Positions 11,046 through 24,426 of a stretch of 64,000 nucleotides of DNA are shown one piece after another (positions within the stretch are counted from its first letter, which is position 1; every line of letters starts with the position of its first letter). The notes beneath the pieces were generated by a model. The model was given only the letters and a program-made list of their open reading frames with translations. It was not told the origin of the DNA and did no database searches. The translations under genes and the position numbers were made by a program. This DNA comes from Hypanus sabinus (lineage: Eukaryota). The stretch lies in the NCBI RefSeq assembly GCF_030144855.1, contig NC_082718.1, positions 47,616,001-47,680,000 on the forward strand, written 5' to 3'.

Positions 11046-13498
11046 TCCACAAAACCTTTTAATACAATGAAAACTTATCAAACCTACAAAGGGCACTTTA
11101 GCGATCACTATCCTGCACAGTAAATGAAATCCTAACCTAATGGGATCCGTTAACTTCACCACCCACATGTTCAGCTTTGAACCTGCCAGCAAGATGGCCC
11201 TTTAACCCTTCACCTCTGTGAGTTAATTAGGTCATTTAAGTCATGTGACTTTTATTGTTGTGTTTCACATGAAAGAAATAGGGCAGTATTTGTTGGATAT
11301 TAAATGACTCCTAACCCATCTCACTCTCCATCCTAAATCCTTTGGTGTTAAAATTGGAGCCTTAGATACCCCAGACTTTCCAATATCCAAGTGCTCAAGC
11401 CACATTGGTCCATGCTGATTCAAATATAGTCCAGCTACTTTTCTCAAGCACATTGTATGGAAACCAGTTCGAATCAATGTTGAATTGACTTCAGCTCGAA
11501 TACCGATCTATTTCTGAGCTGCGGCTGAAATTAAACTCCTTAGAGATGATCTCTCTCATTAGGATGACTCATTAGTTTCTGTTTCCAGGACAACCAGACA
11601 AGAACAAAGGGGTGGGGAGGGGGTCATGCTCTGCCAGGCTAGCTTCTGTTTATGCATGATGCACATTTCCAGGACTAGGACAGATGAATTTAGGATGGAC
11701 ATGTCAAAAATGGTGCAAACAATTTGCTCTTTACAATGACAGAGAAGCTGTATTTCCACCTATGCTGTTTTCATTTGTTAATGCTGTGCATTAGGGATGC
11801 AAGTAAATTGTGAGCAAACTCTGTGGTTGGCAGTTGCTAGGCTGCATGAGATGCAAAGCTGAGGAGGGAGGCAGCAATTTGTGTGTATATTATTGAAAGG
11901 TAGTATTTATATTGGCTACACTGTGGGACCAATATGTAAAGAATTGAAATACTTTTTTTTTCCCTCTCCTCTGTCACCACTTCACTTTGCAAATTGCTTG
12001 TCTCCCTGGAGAGACTGTGTGTGCTTTAGTTACATGAAGGAACAGAGGTGGTTGGGATTGAACCTTTAGATGTTATTAAAACGATGTACCACTGTAGAAA
12101 TGGGTTACCCACTTCACATTGTACTGACAATGGATTATATAAGCAGAAGAGAATCTACATGGAGCAGACTGAGGAACAAATGTCTTTGAAAACTCAGAAA
12201 CAAGAAATTAGTGGGAGGGTTGTGAACCGATTTGCTAGAAGATTCATATCCAAATCAAGGGCAGACTTGTAGTAAGGAAGACTTTTTTCATTATTTCCTA
12301 CTTCTGCCTTATTGATATAACATATTCTGTTGTTCATTCTGTTCAAGTCAGGAAATGGAAATCAGGTGCACACAATATTTCTAGAAACCTGGGAGACTTT
12401 GATGGCCCCTGAATACTTAGATATGTTAGAATTCCTCTGAACTCACAATGTTATGTTCATACATCACCACGGCATTCACTGATTCACACTTCCTTCAACA
12501 TCGGCAGTGCTGAGGTTTGAAGACTTCTCTTCCCTTATTTTGTATATAATTTGACTTCTCTGTTTCTCCCTGCCCCCATGTCTGTTTATAATCCTCCAAC
12601 ATCTCTTTACTCCTCTAGTTCACGTCTCTTGTGCAACACCAAGTTTAATGGGGACTGTGTTTTCAGCTTCTAGGACCATAAACTCGGTAATTACCTCCTC
12701 ACACCTCTCTTACTCTCTCCTCAGGACACACCTTTGTTTTTGATCATGTATCCAAGTGTCAGGTTTTATTTGACAATATTCCTGTGAAGCTTGGAAACTT
12801 TCACTGGAATAAAGATGTATGCGTGTAACTTGCTGTTAATGAGTGCACTTTAATTTAAAGTGCCTAAGAGGATACTGAATGTGTGGGTCCTGACTTTCCA
12901 GGAAGCAGAAAATAATGCATTCATTTTGTGCTGTGATTCTGCACAATGTGCAGCCTGTGGAAAATTCACTTCTGGGACATGCATTTGTGCTGCTGCCTTA
13001 GGTCCTGATCTGAACGCCAGCAGGGGACAGAATTGATGATGCATTCCTCTGCAGGGACCCTCCTCTGAGTGTACCAAAGACATACTGTTTCATCAGTCCT
13101 GACATTCAGGGTTACTCCTCAGTACAACCTTGATAACAACACCAAGGTATTTTTGGCACAGTGTATTCTCAATGACCTGGCAACTGATGGAGGTATTAAA
13201 GGGAGCAGCTGTGGTTAAAGGCCCTCTGAGAATTAGCTGGGGATGATGCTGAGACACCTAAGGAATCGGAGGGTGTGGTAGCACAAACACTTCGGCAATT
13301 ATAATTAAGTCTTATTTAGCAGACATCGATTCAGTACAGCTTATCCTAAGAGACCTGTAACTTTACAAATCTTATCAATATCTTCCCAATCTCCTCCAAC
13401 ATTTCAATACTGTTCTGTGTATTTACCTTTTCTTTGTCACATCTCTTCCCCACCCACATAAAGAAAATAGGCCACATTCTCCAAATCTGCACCAAGTA

Positions 13499-15441
13499 TG
13501 GTGGTTTGTAGAAGTATTCAGCTCCCAACCCTTTCTTCACATAAATGAGTATTACAATCAATTTGATCAATTATCAGAACTTTTATTTGTGAAACAAGTG
13601 TTCCATTTTTCACAGTAAAGTCCAAAAACAGGGAGAAATATGACACATGAAAAATAATAAATTCAAAAACTGAAATGTCAGCAGTTCAAAAGTATTCATC
13701 CCCATTTGCTTAGTACTTAGTTGAACCACCTCTCACAGCTATTACACCCAGTAATGGGTAAGTCTCTATCAGCTTTGCACAATGTGATAGAGTAAGATTT
13801 GCCCACTTCTCCTTGCAAAATTGTTCAAGCTGTGCCAGGTTAGTTGGAGAGTGGTGCTGAACCGCAGTCTTGAGGTCTTACCAGAGCTGTTTGATCAGAT
13901 TAAGGTCAGGACCCTGACTGGCCACCCAAGGACAATGATTTTCTTTATTTGAAGCCCCTGATGGTCGGTCTGGGTGTTGTCCCGCTAAAAGACAAACTTC
14001 CTCCCCAGTTTATGCGTTCTGGCAGTGACTAGCAGATTTTTATCCAGGATTTCTCTGTATTTAGCAGTGTTCATCTTCCCATTAATTGTGACCAGATTTC
14101 CAGTCCCTGCTGCTGAAAAGCATCTCCATAGCATGATGCCACCTCAGCCATACTTTGCCGTAGGGATACTGTTAACTGGCTGATGCACAGCATTAGATTT
14201 ACACTACATGTACTGCTTAGTGTTGGAGCTAAATCTCATCCGACCACAAGACTTTCTTCCACATCTTTACAGTATCTTCTAAGTGACGATTTGCAAAGTT
14301 TTTATGGGCAAAGATAGACTTTTTTTTTTGCCAGGGCTTCTTCCATGACACTCTTCCATAAATACCCTTTTTGCACAAGGCCTTAGAGATTGTGGAACCA
14401 TTAATTCATATCCACTGATCTGCAGCTTAGAAGAGTGACTATTGATATCACATGTAGCCTCTCTTACAAGTGCCTTTCTTCTCCAGTGACTAAGTTTAGA
14501 GGGTCTTCATTTTGGTTTGGTCTGTTGAAAACCTACCATACTGTTGGATCTGACAGAGAGCGGGGATACTTATTCTTATGAATTGATCTCAAAAGGGGTG
14601 GTCCTCCAGATTTCTACATTAACAAATTGGGTTATTGGGTAAGTTAGCATAATGCTGAGATATATCCTAGGATGTGCTGGGACACATCAATGATGTAACA
14701 TGGGGTCTTTTAACATCACACACTCTTGCCCAAGCAACCTCTCCAAGGTTGATCAGGCCATGGCTTGTGTCCCAGCAGCAGTGGTCCATAGGTCACAACT
14801 TTTGATCCATAGTCAACTGGAGGTTCGCTCAGCAGCCTCTGTGATGTTCCTGATGGCTCTTCTCTTTGCAGTACCCATAATGCCAAGGAGAGAGTGGGTT
14901 CCGCAGAGTGAGTACTCAGCAAAATATCTACATTCCACCTCTATGGGCTTACATTGTGCCCTCCACCCCTGTTTCTGGCATTGCTCTACTAGCCCCTGGC
15001 ATTTGGCTTTCCATTGTTAATAGCCAAGGTGATACTTCCTGCCACTGCATTCAGCACCTGGTCATGACAAGGCAGTAGCAGCCTTCTCCCAGGGCTTTTG
15101 GGCTACTGCTGACAATATGTTCCAGGGTCCCTCTGCCACAGCAGAGAGGATATGATGATCTCTTAATTTTGCCCCAAGTAAAAAGGTTCATTGGATAAGG
15201 CACCCGAGAAAAGTTACCATAGTGGTTACCAAGGAGATGAAGACTTTTTTAGCCTCAAAACTTTGCTTTTTAATTTTTTAGTTAATTGCTGTCAAGTTTT
15301 GGGATTTCTTTTGATTTGACATGATGCACGCTGTTTTGTAGATTAGCTCAAAAATCATACTTCAGTATATTTTAAATTTGTTAAATGAGACAGTAAAATG
15401 TGAAAATTGTTGTGGGTGCTGAATACTTTTTCAAGGCATTG
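13499..15441 (-). mobile_element. Defective Tc1 transposon (IR/DR-like TIRs)
   Basis: TIR motif AAGTATTCA at ~13512 and ~13690, and TGAATACTTTTTCAAGGCATTG-TA at the right end. Minus translation gives MWKKVLWSDE and GGIMLWRC. Confidence 0.85.
14660..15150 (-). mobile_element. R2-Hero (RLE-type non-LTR retrotransposon) 3' fragment nested in Tc1
   Basis: Hand translation of the minus strand gives PLCCGRGTLEHIVSSSPKALGEG..HDQVLNAVA (CCHC knuckle) and KAKCQGLVEQCQKQGWRAQCKPIEVECRYFA...AIRNITEAAERTSS*LWIK (end of RLE domain). Confidence 0.8.
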
Positions 15442-15849
15442 TATGTCTCCATAGTTGTGAACCTCTTATATATTTGGAGGTTGTACCCAAATGCAACTCA
15501 TTAATATATATTGAGAAGCAGTGGTTATACTATGGACTTCTGAGAAAACTCCACTGTACCTTTTCTTCCAGTGCAAACAGAAGCCTCTCACTATCACTCT
15601 TTGTTTCATGTTACTTTGTCAATTTTCTAGCCATGATGTAGCAGTTCATTTTATTCCATGTCCCCTCAGTCTTGATGCCCAACCCATTTGGTGACACCCT
15701 ACCAAATAACTTCTTTTGATGTACCGTATCAAACACATTTCTGTTTTTAATCCTTTGTTACCTCTGCAAAATCTTCTATCATATTTTAAACACATTAATG
15801 GTGGCTTTCTTGAATCAATATACACTTGTCCAATTGACTGTTAATTAGA

Positions 15850-16975
15850 CCATAAGACCATAAGATATAAGAGCAGAATTAGATATTTAGCCCATCAACC
15901 TGCTCCACCATTTCATCATGGCTGATCTAATTATCCTCTCAACCCCAATCTCCTAACTTCTCCCCATATCCCTTCATGCCCTGACCAATCAAGAATCTAT
16001 CAATCTCTGGTCTTAAATATATGTAAAGACTTGGCCTCCATAGCTGCCTGTGGCAATTAATTCCACAGATCCACCACTTTTTGGCTAAAGAAATTTCTTC
16101 TAATCCGTGTTCTAAAAGGTCGCCCCTCTATTGTGAGGCTGTGTCCTCTGGTCTTAGACTCTCCCACCAGAGGAAACCTCCTCTCTACATTCACACTATC
16201 AAAGTTTCAATGAGGTCATCCCTCATTCTTCTGAATTCCAGTGAATACCCAGCCATTCAATCCTGAAATAAATTTTGCGAAGCTCCTTTGAACCCTCTCT
16301 AGTTTCAGTACATTTTTTCTAAAATAAGGGGCCCAAAACTGCTCACTATATTCCAAATGGGGCATCACCAGTGCTTTATAAAGTCTCAACATTACATTCT
16401 TGCTTTTATATTCTAATCCTCTTGAAATGAATGCTGACATTGCATTTGCCTTCCTCACCACAGAATCAGCCTGCAAATTAACCTTTAGCGAATCCTGCAC
16501 AAGGACTTCACGCCCTTTTGTGCCTCAGGTTTTGTATTTCCTCTCCAGTTAGAAAATAGTCCAGCTTTTTATTTCTTCTACCAAAGAGCATGAGTATACA
16601 CTTCCCGACACTGTATTCCATTTGCCATAAGTCCTTCTGTGGCCTCTCTACTTCTTCTCTAGACCATAAGACCTTAAGACCATAAGACATAGGAGCAGAC
16701 TTAGGCCATTTGGCCCATCGAGTCTGCTCCAGCATTTAATCATGGCTGATCCTTTTTTTCTCCTCCTCAACCCCATTTCTCGGCCTTCTCCCCGTAACCT
16801 TTGATGTCCTGTCCGATCAAGAAATTATCAATCTCTGCCTTAAATACACCCAACGACCTGGCCTCCACAGCTGCATGTGGCAACAAATTCCACAAATTCA
16901 CCATCCTCTGACTGAAGAGATTTCTCTGCATCTCTGTTTTGATTAGATGCCCCTCTCTCCTGAGGCTGTGCTTCC
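15850..16975 (-). mobile_element. Two CR1 3' fragments with (CATAAGAC)n tails
   Basis: Tails at 15851 and 16665. Minus ORFs contain YKALVMPHLEYSEQFWAPY. Confidence 0.85.
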
Positions 16976-18149
16976 TTTTTGGTTCCTTTGATCTTTCAAA
17001 TTAACTAGGTATCTGTTTCCTTCATTTCTTTTAAACTTCTAGTACATGCCCCTACTTACTCACAAATTTTATATACAGCTCACTGGTTCTCTTTTTAATG
17101 AGCTCTCTCTGTTCACAGTCCTCTGCCTCGTCCTTTTACTCCATCTAATGCAAATTCTTCAATAAATCCAATTGCACTGAAGCTCGATCTGAATTCCTCC
17201 ACCATGCATTCTGTGATAGTATACGATTCCTCACAATTTGTTCCTGATCATGTCAAAAGGCCGTCAATGAACGCTAAGAAGTTACCTATTCTTTCTGTAC
17301 AACAATCAGTCTGGTGCCCTTAGGATGGTCTCCTAAGTGCTTGAGGCAGCTGGCTAGGTCTTCCATTTCCTTGTCAATGCCAGAGCAATAGAGAAATTCT
17401 GTAGCCGCTGGCCCCTTTCAAGAGAAATGCCATTGAAGACAAACCTCTTGCCAGTTTTTGTTTTCCTATCAAGATTCATCAACTTAATTCCAAAGATATT
17501 TTCTCATATTATAACTAGCACGTCCCATCTCCCTATCTGTCACTACTTGTACCCGTATGGACACACAACTCCCCTTGTCCACCCTCTGCCTTCCCCACAA
17601 ATCATGCACCCTGATTGATCTACCAGCCCTCACCCCACCCACCTCCATCCATGCCAGCCCACCACCCTGTATGACCCTCAAAACATCATCAACTTCCCCC
17701 AGTTTCCTCCATCTCCTCTCAGAGTATCTCCTAAGTGTCCTATGAGCTCTCTTTTCTACTACTTACCCTACATGGCTCCCTACACCTTATATCTGCCTTC
17801 ATCGTCCTGACCTCCACCCATGCACCAACCGGCAATATTCCATCCATTCAGCACCACCCCATCCCTCCCATCCAACCTCATGACAAAACACCCATTGCTT
17901 CACTCCTATCCCTTCCCTCTTCTGGTTCTAGGTGGAGAAGGGGTCATTTGCTTCTTCCCGGGGTAAAATTCAGTCAGAGCCCTTTGGCTTCAGTGACCCA
18001 TGTGCTGAGAATGTCGAGATTGAGGGGAGCGGTGGAGGAAGGTGCTAAGTTCACTGACAAGTGGCTGGTTGCAAAACCAGTGGATTGCCAATGCGTGAGG
18101 ACCTCCTCAAAAGTTGAGGAAATGATAGCTGTCATTCATTGTGTCCCGT

Positions 18150-18500
18150 GCTGTATGATGCAGGAGATCATGGTCCCATGACCATGACTGTATTTGGCAA
18201 ATTTTTATGGTTGGCCATTGCCTTCTTCTGGGCAGTGTCTTTACAAGATAGGTGACTCCAGCCATTATTACTACTCCTCAGAGATTGTCTGGCTGGCATC
18301 AGCGGTCACGTAACCAGGACTTGTGATATGCACCAGCTGCTCATATGACCATCCACCACCTGATCCCCTGGCTTTACATTACCTTGATCACTGAGCTAAG
18401 CAGGTACCAGGGGTTGCCCAGGGGTGACCTGCAGGTTAGTGGAGGGAAGGAGCACCTTATATCTCCTTTGGTAGAGGTGTATCTCCATCCTCCCACCTGT
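18150..18500. repeat. Probable RTE-related non-autonomous repeat
   Basis: TGGCCATTGCCTTC motif resembling RTE/Bov-B-type termini. No ORF. Confidence 0.35.
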
Positions 18501-18724
18501 GCCTGCCCATGTTAGACTGCATAATCCTGTTCACCACGACAGTGTTAGCAAATTTTAAATAAGCAGATTAATACCTGCATTGAAGTAACCAACAGAGGAA
18601 CATAGTCCTTACTTGTTAATTTTGCTGTCATACATAGCAGAGAGCCAATTCTTATGTTATTAGACAATCATCTCAGTTATAGCAACAAAGGAAGTTAACA
18701 TCATGGTGGACATATAATACTGGA

Positions 18725-18963
18725 AGCTAGTTGCTAGTTTGAGCCTTAGCTGAGGCAGCGTGCTATGTCCTTGAGCAAGGCACTTAACCACACATTGCTC
18801 TGCAATGACACCGGTGCGAAGCTGTATGGGTCCTAATGCCCTTCCCTTGGACAACATTGGTGCATGGAGAGGGGAGACTTGCAGCGTGGGCAACTGCAGG
18901 TCTTCCATACAACCTTGCCCAGGCCTCAGTCGTCATCGAAAATCGATGGGCAGCCGAAGAAGA
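18725..18963 (+). mobile_element. 5'-truncated SINE
   Basis: Common SINE central motif TGTCCTTGAGCAAGGCACTTAACC and a (GAA)n-like tail. Confidence 0.6.
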
Positions 18964-19469
18964 TAATACTGGAATTACAGGGAATCTGGAGATTAGTGAG
19001 AATGAGGAAACTCGGGGATTATTGAAAGTAGCAAAATGTTAAAGGAAAGTGTAACAAATGGAAACTAGAAGAAAATCTTTGCTAAGATGTTTTCTCAAAA
19101 TTTGACATTCTTAATGAAATAAGGACACAATTTGAGGATACATTTGTAATGAAGGCTGTTTGTGCTGTAGCACTGGAATTACAGGTGTCAGGTGCTGTCA
19201 CAAGCAGATAACTGTGATCTCCGGATAATAAGAGATTAGATGATTTATATTTCTCAGTTTAGGATTAAGGCAGGATTTCTTGATTAAGAGATTTTATATC
19301 TCTCTTATTGTCTTGCTACTGAACAAAGCCTGAAGGTGGAGGAGGGGGTCATTTCCAACATTTTATGAGTAAAAATAATCATAATGGGTTGTGCTCAGCT
19401 ACATTTTTGTCAGATGTCCCTATCCGCTGGAATTGTGTTGCACTTGGGTGCAATAGCCTTTGGTGCTTG

Positions 19470-20040
19470 ATGTTATCTTGCCGGTGGACACTGGGAATAT
19501 TGTGTGCAGTTCTGTTACCACATCGCAGGCTGCATGTGGTACCGCCTGAAAGAATGCAGAAGAAGTTCATCAGGATGTTGCTTGCTTTTACTTATAAGGA
19601 GAAAATGGATAGGGTGGGTTATTCTTGTCCGACCATAGGAGAAGAATATTATTGAATAGGGAAGATTTTATTGAGCTTTATAAAACTATCAGGAGCATAG
19701 ATGGGATTTAGAGAGTCATTACCTACAACTGTCAAGTGTAAAACTAGAGGGCATAGGTTTAAGGTGAGAAGGGAAACTTGTAAAGAGATCTGAGGGCAAG
19801 TTTTTCCACACTGAGGGTGTTAGGTGTATGGAATGAGCTGTCAATGAAACTGATAGAGGCAGATAGAATTCCAGTGCTTAAAAGGTATTTGGAAAGGTTC
19901 CCTTGTAAGCAAAGGAGTAGAAAAGGTGTGGGCCTAAATGTAAGCAAAGTGATTAGTCCAAACAAGCATCATAGTCAACTTAGATGGGTTGTGGTGAAGG
20001 GCCCCTTCTGTGCAGTACAACTCCATGGTTATGATTCAAA
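19470..20040 (+). mobile_element. CR1 3' fragment, degenerate
   Basis: GAATATTGTGTGCAGTTCTG (EYCVQFW) and GVWNEL motifs. Confidence 0.8.
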
Positions 20041-22033
20041 ACTTTGGAACTCCCTACCCAGCAGCCTGTGCGAGTGTCATCACCAGAAGCACTCAAAGGC
20101 AATTAAGAATGGATAATTAACACTAGCCTTGTCAGTGATGCCTAGGTTCTAAAACACGAATGAAAATCCTATAGGAGAAAGATGTAGCTCCTTAACTCCA
20201 CAGTACCCTCCAATTCTTTTCCATCAAGAAGCTGTGAAATATTATAGATTCAACAGTGCAAATCATTAACATTTAGCTCCTGTGTTCAGAAAAGTAAAAT
20301 GCTATGTAGCCCAGTTTACAGTAGTGAGCTTCAGTGATGGCCTAGGACTGTATGGGTGACCTCCAACAATCACAGTCTTCTTCACCAGGAATGTAAGAGT
20401 CCAGCTATCAATGTTTTCCCCTATAGACATCAGTCTACACCATATTTAGGAAATATTGTCTTGAGGTTGTCTATAAACTTACTTCTGGAGTTTTGTTCTT
20501 TGGTCCTAAGATAAAAGTTTTAAGTTCAAGGCTCTTGTTAAAATCCCCAATGAGAACTGACAACTAAATACCACCTAATAGCACAGTTAATGATGGTTTC
20601 ACTTTGTTGTTGAGTGAGATACATTGATTGTTCTAGGTTTACCCTACCTTTTGTAAATATGACATACCTGGGCAATTTTCCACATAACCAGGAAGATGAA
20701 TGGCTTGTCTAGTGAGGCAACTAGTTCCTGGTGCACATAGGCAGTAATACCGAGCTGCTGTCTGTCTTGTCTTGTCACCTGTGTTGTATCTAATGCTCTT
20801 GGCATGGTTAATTTTACATTCTGTTCGTCGATATTGTAACTGCACTGGAATAGCTTGGCTAGAGACAGGGATAGTTACAGAGCCAAATCTTCACTATAAC
20901 AGCTGGAACGTTGTCTAGTTCTATGGGACTTTGCTATATTCAGTGCTCTCAGCCATTTCTTCTTTCTCACATGAAGTGAATCAAACTGGCTCCAGACTGA
21001 CTTCTGTGATGATGAAGATCTCAAGAGAGACCTCTGACACAAATACTGCGCTCGTTCTCAGCATTCCTTTGCTGTACTAGCACGGTAACTAGGTGAGCCA
21101 TCACCTGATGGGCAGCAATCTTATTGGTATTTCTATCATTGTGTACAACTGTGGATAGCGTCTTATTATGGCTTGGTATCTGCTTGGGAGTGGGCTATAG
21201 GAAAATGATGAGATGGCTTAATCAGTCAGGTCTCAATCTAATCACTCAGCATATTGAATCTAGAAAACTGAGATTTGTTTACACTGGATTGAGAGATTTG
21301 ATAGCCCCAGTCTACGACTTTAAACCCTCTGTTTAAATTCTATTATAAAATCTCCATGGCAGGTGGTTCTGCAATGGTGCTATGTTTTGGTCGCATATCA
21401 TTGCACATGCTAATTTCTTTCTCCATAGTTCTTACTAGTTGTGCTTGTCTCTTACTGTCCTCTGAAGTGGCTAATATGATTAGAATAGTATATGCAAAGA
21501 GCTTGCTCTGTTCTTTTATGGAACCACAACATTAACACATTTGGAGTGGGGGTTATCTCCTTGGCAAAGTCTTGCACAGCATGCCAGCTGCCTTCTGCCT
21601 GGGGAGCAAATGGACAGTAAAGTAGATCTTTTCTTTTATGAACCCTTTCCTTTTCTAATTATATTCTTCCTTTGTTATAAATCATGATGCAGTGTTTGGT
21701 TTCATATTTATTGTGGTAAGAGTCATGCACTATTAAGTCTAAATGAAATGTTTCTCCAATGTTTGCTTTCAGTCCAAGAGAAATAATTCTGAGGAAATGC
21801 ATGGGGAATGAATTGCTAATGTTTCATCTTCTCAAATTCTTAAAAAAACCCTGAAAAACTGTAAGCTAGCCTTTTATTATTTCTAAATTTTAATATTTTA
21901 TTACAACACTGTATGCCAGTACGACCGAGCTTTATTTTTAAAAAGCTTTGGACTTTGACGGGTGCTGTAGAAGATACTATTATGCGGTGTGCAAGGTTTC
22001 TGTCTCCTGTAATCTTTCTCTGCTCTCTTGCAG

Positions 22034-22111
22034 AGATGGGATTCTTCATCATTTGCAGAACCAGGAGCAGTTGAACAATCTATGGCCTACTTTCTGAAGA
22101 ATGAGAAGAAG
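22034..22111 (+). other. Candidate 78-nt exon
   Basis: TCTTTCTCTGCTCTCTTGCAG acceptor, AAG|GTAAGA donor, open phase-0 frame RWDSSSFAEPGAVEQSMAYFLKNEKK. Confidence 0.4.
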
Positions 22112-24039
22112 GTAAGAAACCAAGGGCAAGGAAACTGGCACACTGCAAAACAGCAAGTCTCTGGGCTGCTGCAGACAAAATGACTGTATAAAGATCATCT
22201 TTACATTATGCAATTGAGCAAGCTATGTTAATAGGGACAACTAAATATAGTCACAAGAAATGTAAGCCAAAAGCCATATTTTGCAGTGGAAGATGATGTA
22301 TTCAGGTGATTGATAGTTCAATCAGCAATGGGATGATCAGGTTTTCCTTTGAAATGCATCATTCTCTGTTGAAGTCAGTGCAGATACTTTTGAATGCTTT
22401 TGCTAATCTTGCTAATCTTGCTTTGCGCAATTTGTCTGCCACAGTAAGAATTTAATATTGAGACAGGAGAGATTGCAAACGCTGGTATCTGGAGCGACAA
22501 GCAAACTGCTGGAGGATCTCAGTGGATTGAGTAGCAAATGTGAAGGGAAATGTTGGCAATTCTTTTCCCCTCCAACTACTAAGTCCCTCCTCCAGTCAGT
22601 TTGTCACTGTAGAATTTTCAGATTCTTAATTGTCAGATTTGTAAATACATGATTGTATTTATGTATTTATGCAAATTTTATTTCATATCTGTACTTTAAC
22701 CTCTAAGTTTACTTTAAGTGTTGAATGTTGTTTTTGTTATGCCAATGCACTACATCAAAGTCCTATTATGTGTAAAATTTATATGTCAAGCAAAATCTTC
22801 CTATTTTCCCATTTTGTTTGGATGTTTGTTTTTTTTTAATATTGTGATCCAACTTTGCCCATTGGCAAGTATTCTGACAAGCCTCAGCTGTAACATTAAG
22901 CACATGCGAATAGTGCAGGTGTCTGTAGAAGTCATTTAAGCGTGGCTGAGCCTGTTCACAGTGCTGGTAGATTTGAGGAATGCCAACCTTTAGTACGATG
23001 TCTCAGCGTTGCAGATGGTGAGTTACTTCACCAAATAGGGACCTGGAAATCTTGTAAGTTATCCAAAATATTAAAAGAAGTCAAACATGCAAAAGCAAAA
23101 AATCGTTCTGTATAGAATGTGATCAGAAAAATATCCACGGAGAATCCAGAAAAGAACTTGGTGAGATAGTCCATAAAATGACATTGCAAAGGGAAGTGAT
23201 ACTATGAATTAGTTTACAGGAACAAGGGCTTTTTCCCTTCATTACTGTACAACTAATCTTAAAGATATTAATTGGATCTGGAACATCTAAACAGATTAAG
23301 AGCAAAACTTGTATTTGCACTGTTTTAGTCACTACCTCAGGACACCTGAAGCCAATTTACAGCCAATAAATATACTGGTGATAAATTTTGTAGAGAGGAA
23401 AATGTGACACTAATCAATGCTATGCGCAAATTTATTACTTTATCAATGTGTAATTTCAGTGAACCTATGTGTCCGATGCATAAGTATTCAATTTAAAGAG
23501 GAAGTCTGATAGCCAGGCAACTGGCTGCTGAATTTGGCACTGTCAGAGCTCTTGTCTGTGGAGCAAGCCACTGACCCTTTTGAAGTGTCTGGGAAATGCG
23601 CTGACAGTGAAAGGTTACACCCGAAGTACAGGGGGAGAAAATGTATGGCTGAGGACACAGAGAATTAGTGAACACGGTGCAGAGCATGATCTACCACAGG
23701 ACCTTATCTGTGTGCTCTGATTCAACCTTCTTCCCACTGAAAATCATTTCACTCCACCTAGTAAAACCACTCAGTATATTGAATATGCCTTACTCCCCTT
23801 TACCTCTACACTCCTCCATCTGAAAGTCTAAACTTGTCGCTCATTCAAGGAGGTTACGCATGCATCGTCTCCAGGTGTTGACCTCTTTCTTAAAATGTTT
23901 TGAACAGAATTAAACACAGCCAGTCAAATATTCCATACAGATGAGACATCCCTCTATTGCTTTAATACCCTAAGCCTTTATTTATAAAACAAAGATCCAA
24001 TTTATTCACAACTTTATTGACTTCCAAAGATTTTGAGCA

Positions 24040-24285
24040 TAGAACATGGAACACTACAGCACAGTACAGTCCCTTTGGCCCACAATGTTGTGCTGACCTT
24101 TGACCGATCCAAAATCAACCTAATCCTTCCTTTCTACATAGCCATCTATTCTTCCATCATTTATGTGCCTATCTAAGAATTTATTAAATCTCCCTTATGC
24201 ATCTGACTCTGCTACCACCCCTGACAAGGCATTCCATGCACCCACTACTCTCTGAGTAAAAAGGAACCTCTGACACCCCCCCAAT
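24040..24285 (-). mobile_element. CR1 3' end running into the gap
   Basis: CATAGAACA tail and FTQRVVGAWNAL motif. Confidence 0.8.
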
Positions 24286-24426
24286 NNNNNNNNNNNNNNN
24301 NNNNNNNNNNNNNNNNNNNNNNNNNNNNNNNNNNNNNNNNNNNNNNNNNNNNNNNNNNNNNNNNNNNNNNNNNNNNNNNNNNNNNNNNNNNNNNNNNNNN
24401 NNNNNNNNNNNNNNNNNNNNNNNNNN
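24286..24426. other. Assembly gap (141 N)
   Basis: Run of N. Confidence 1.

Noticed and set aside
22929-23017. Bridging exon with strong GTGAGT donor
   Set aside because: No acceptor gives the phase 0-to-1 frame needed to link the neighbouring candidate exons, and the pyrimidine tract is poor.
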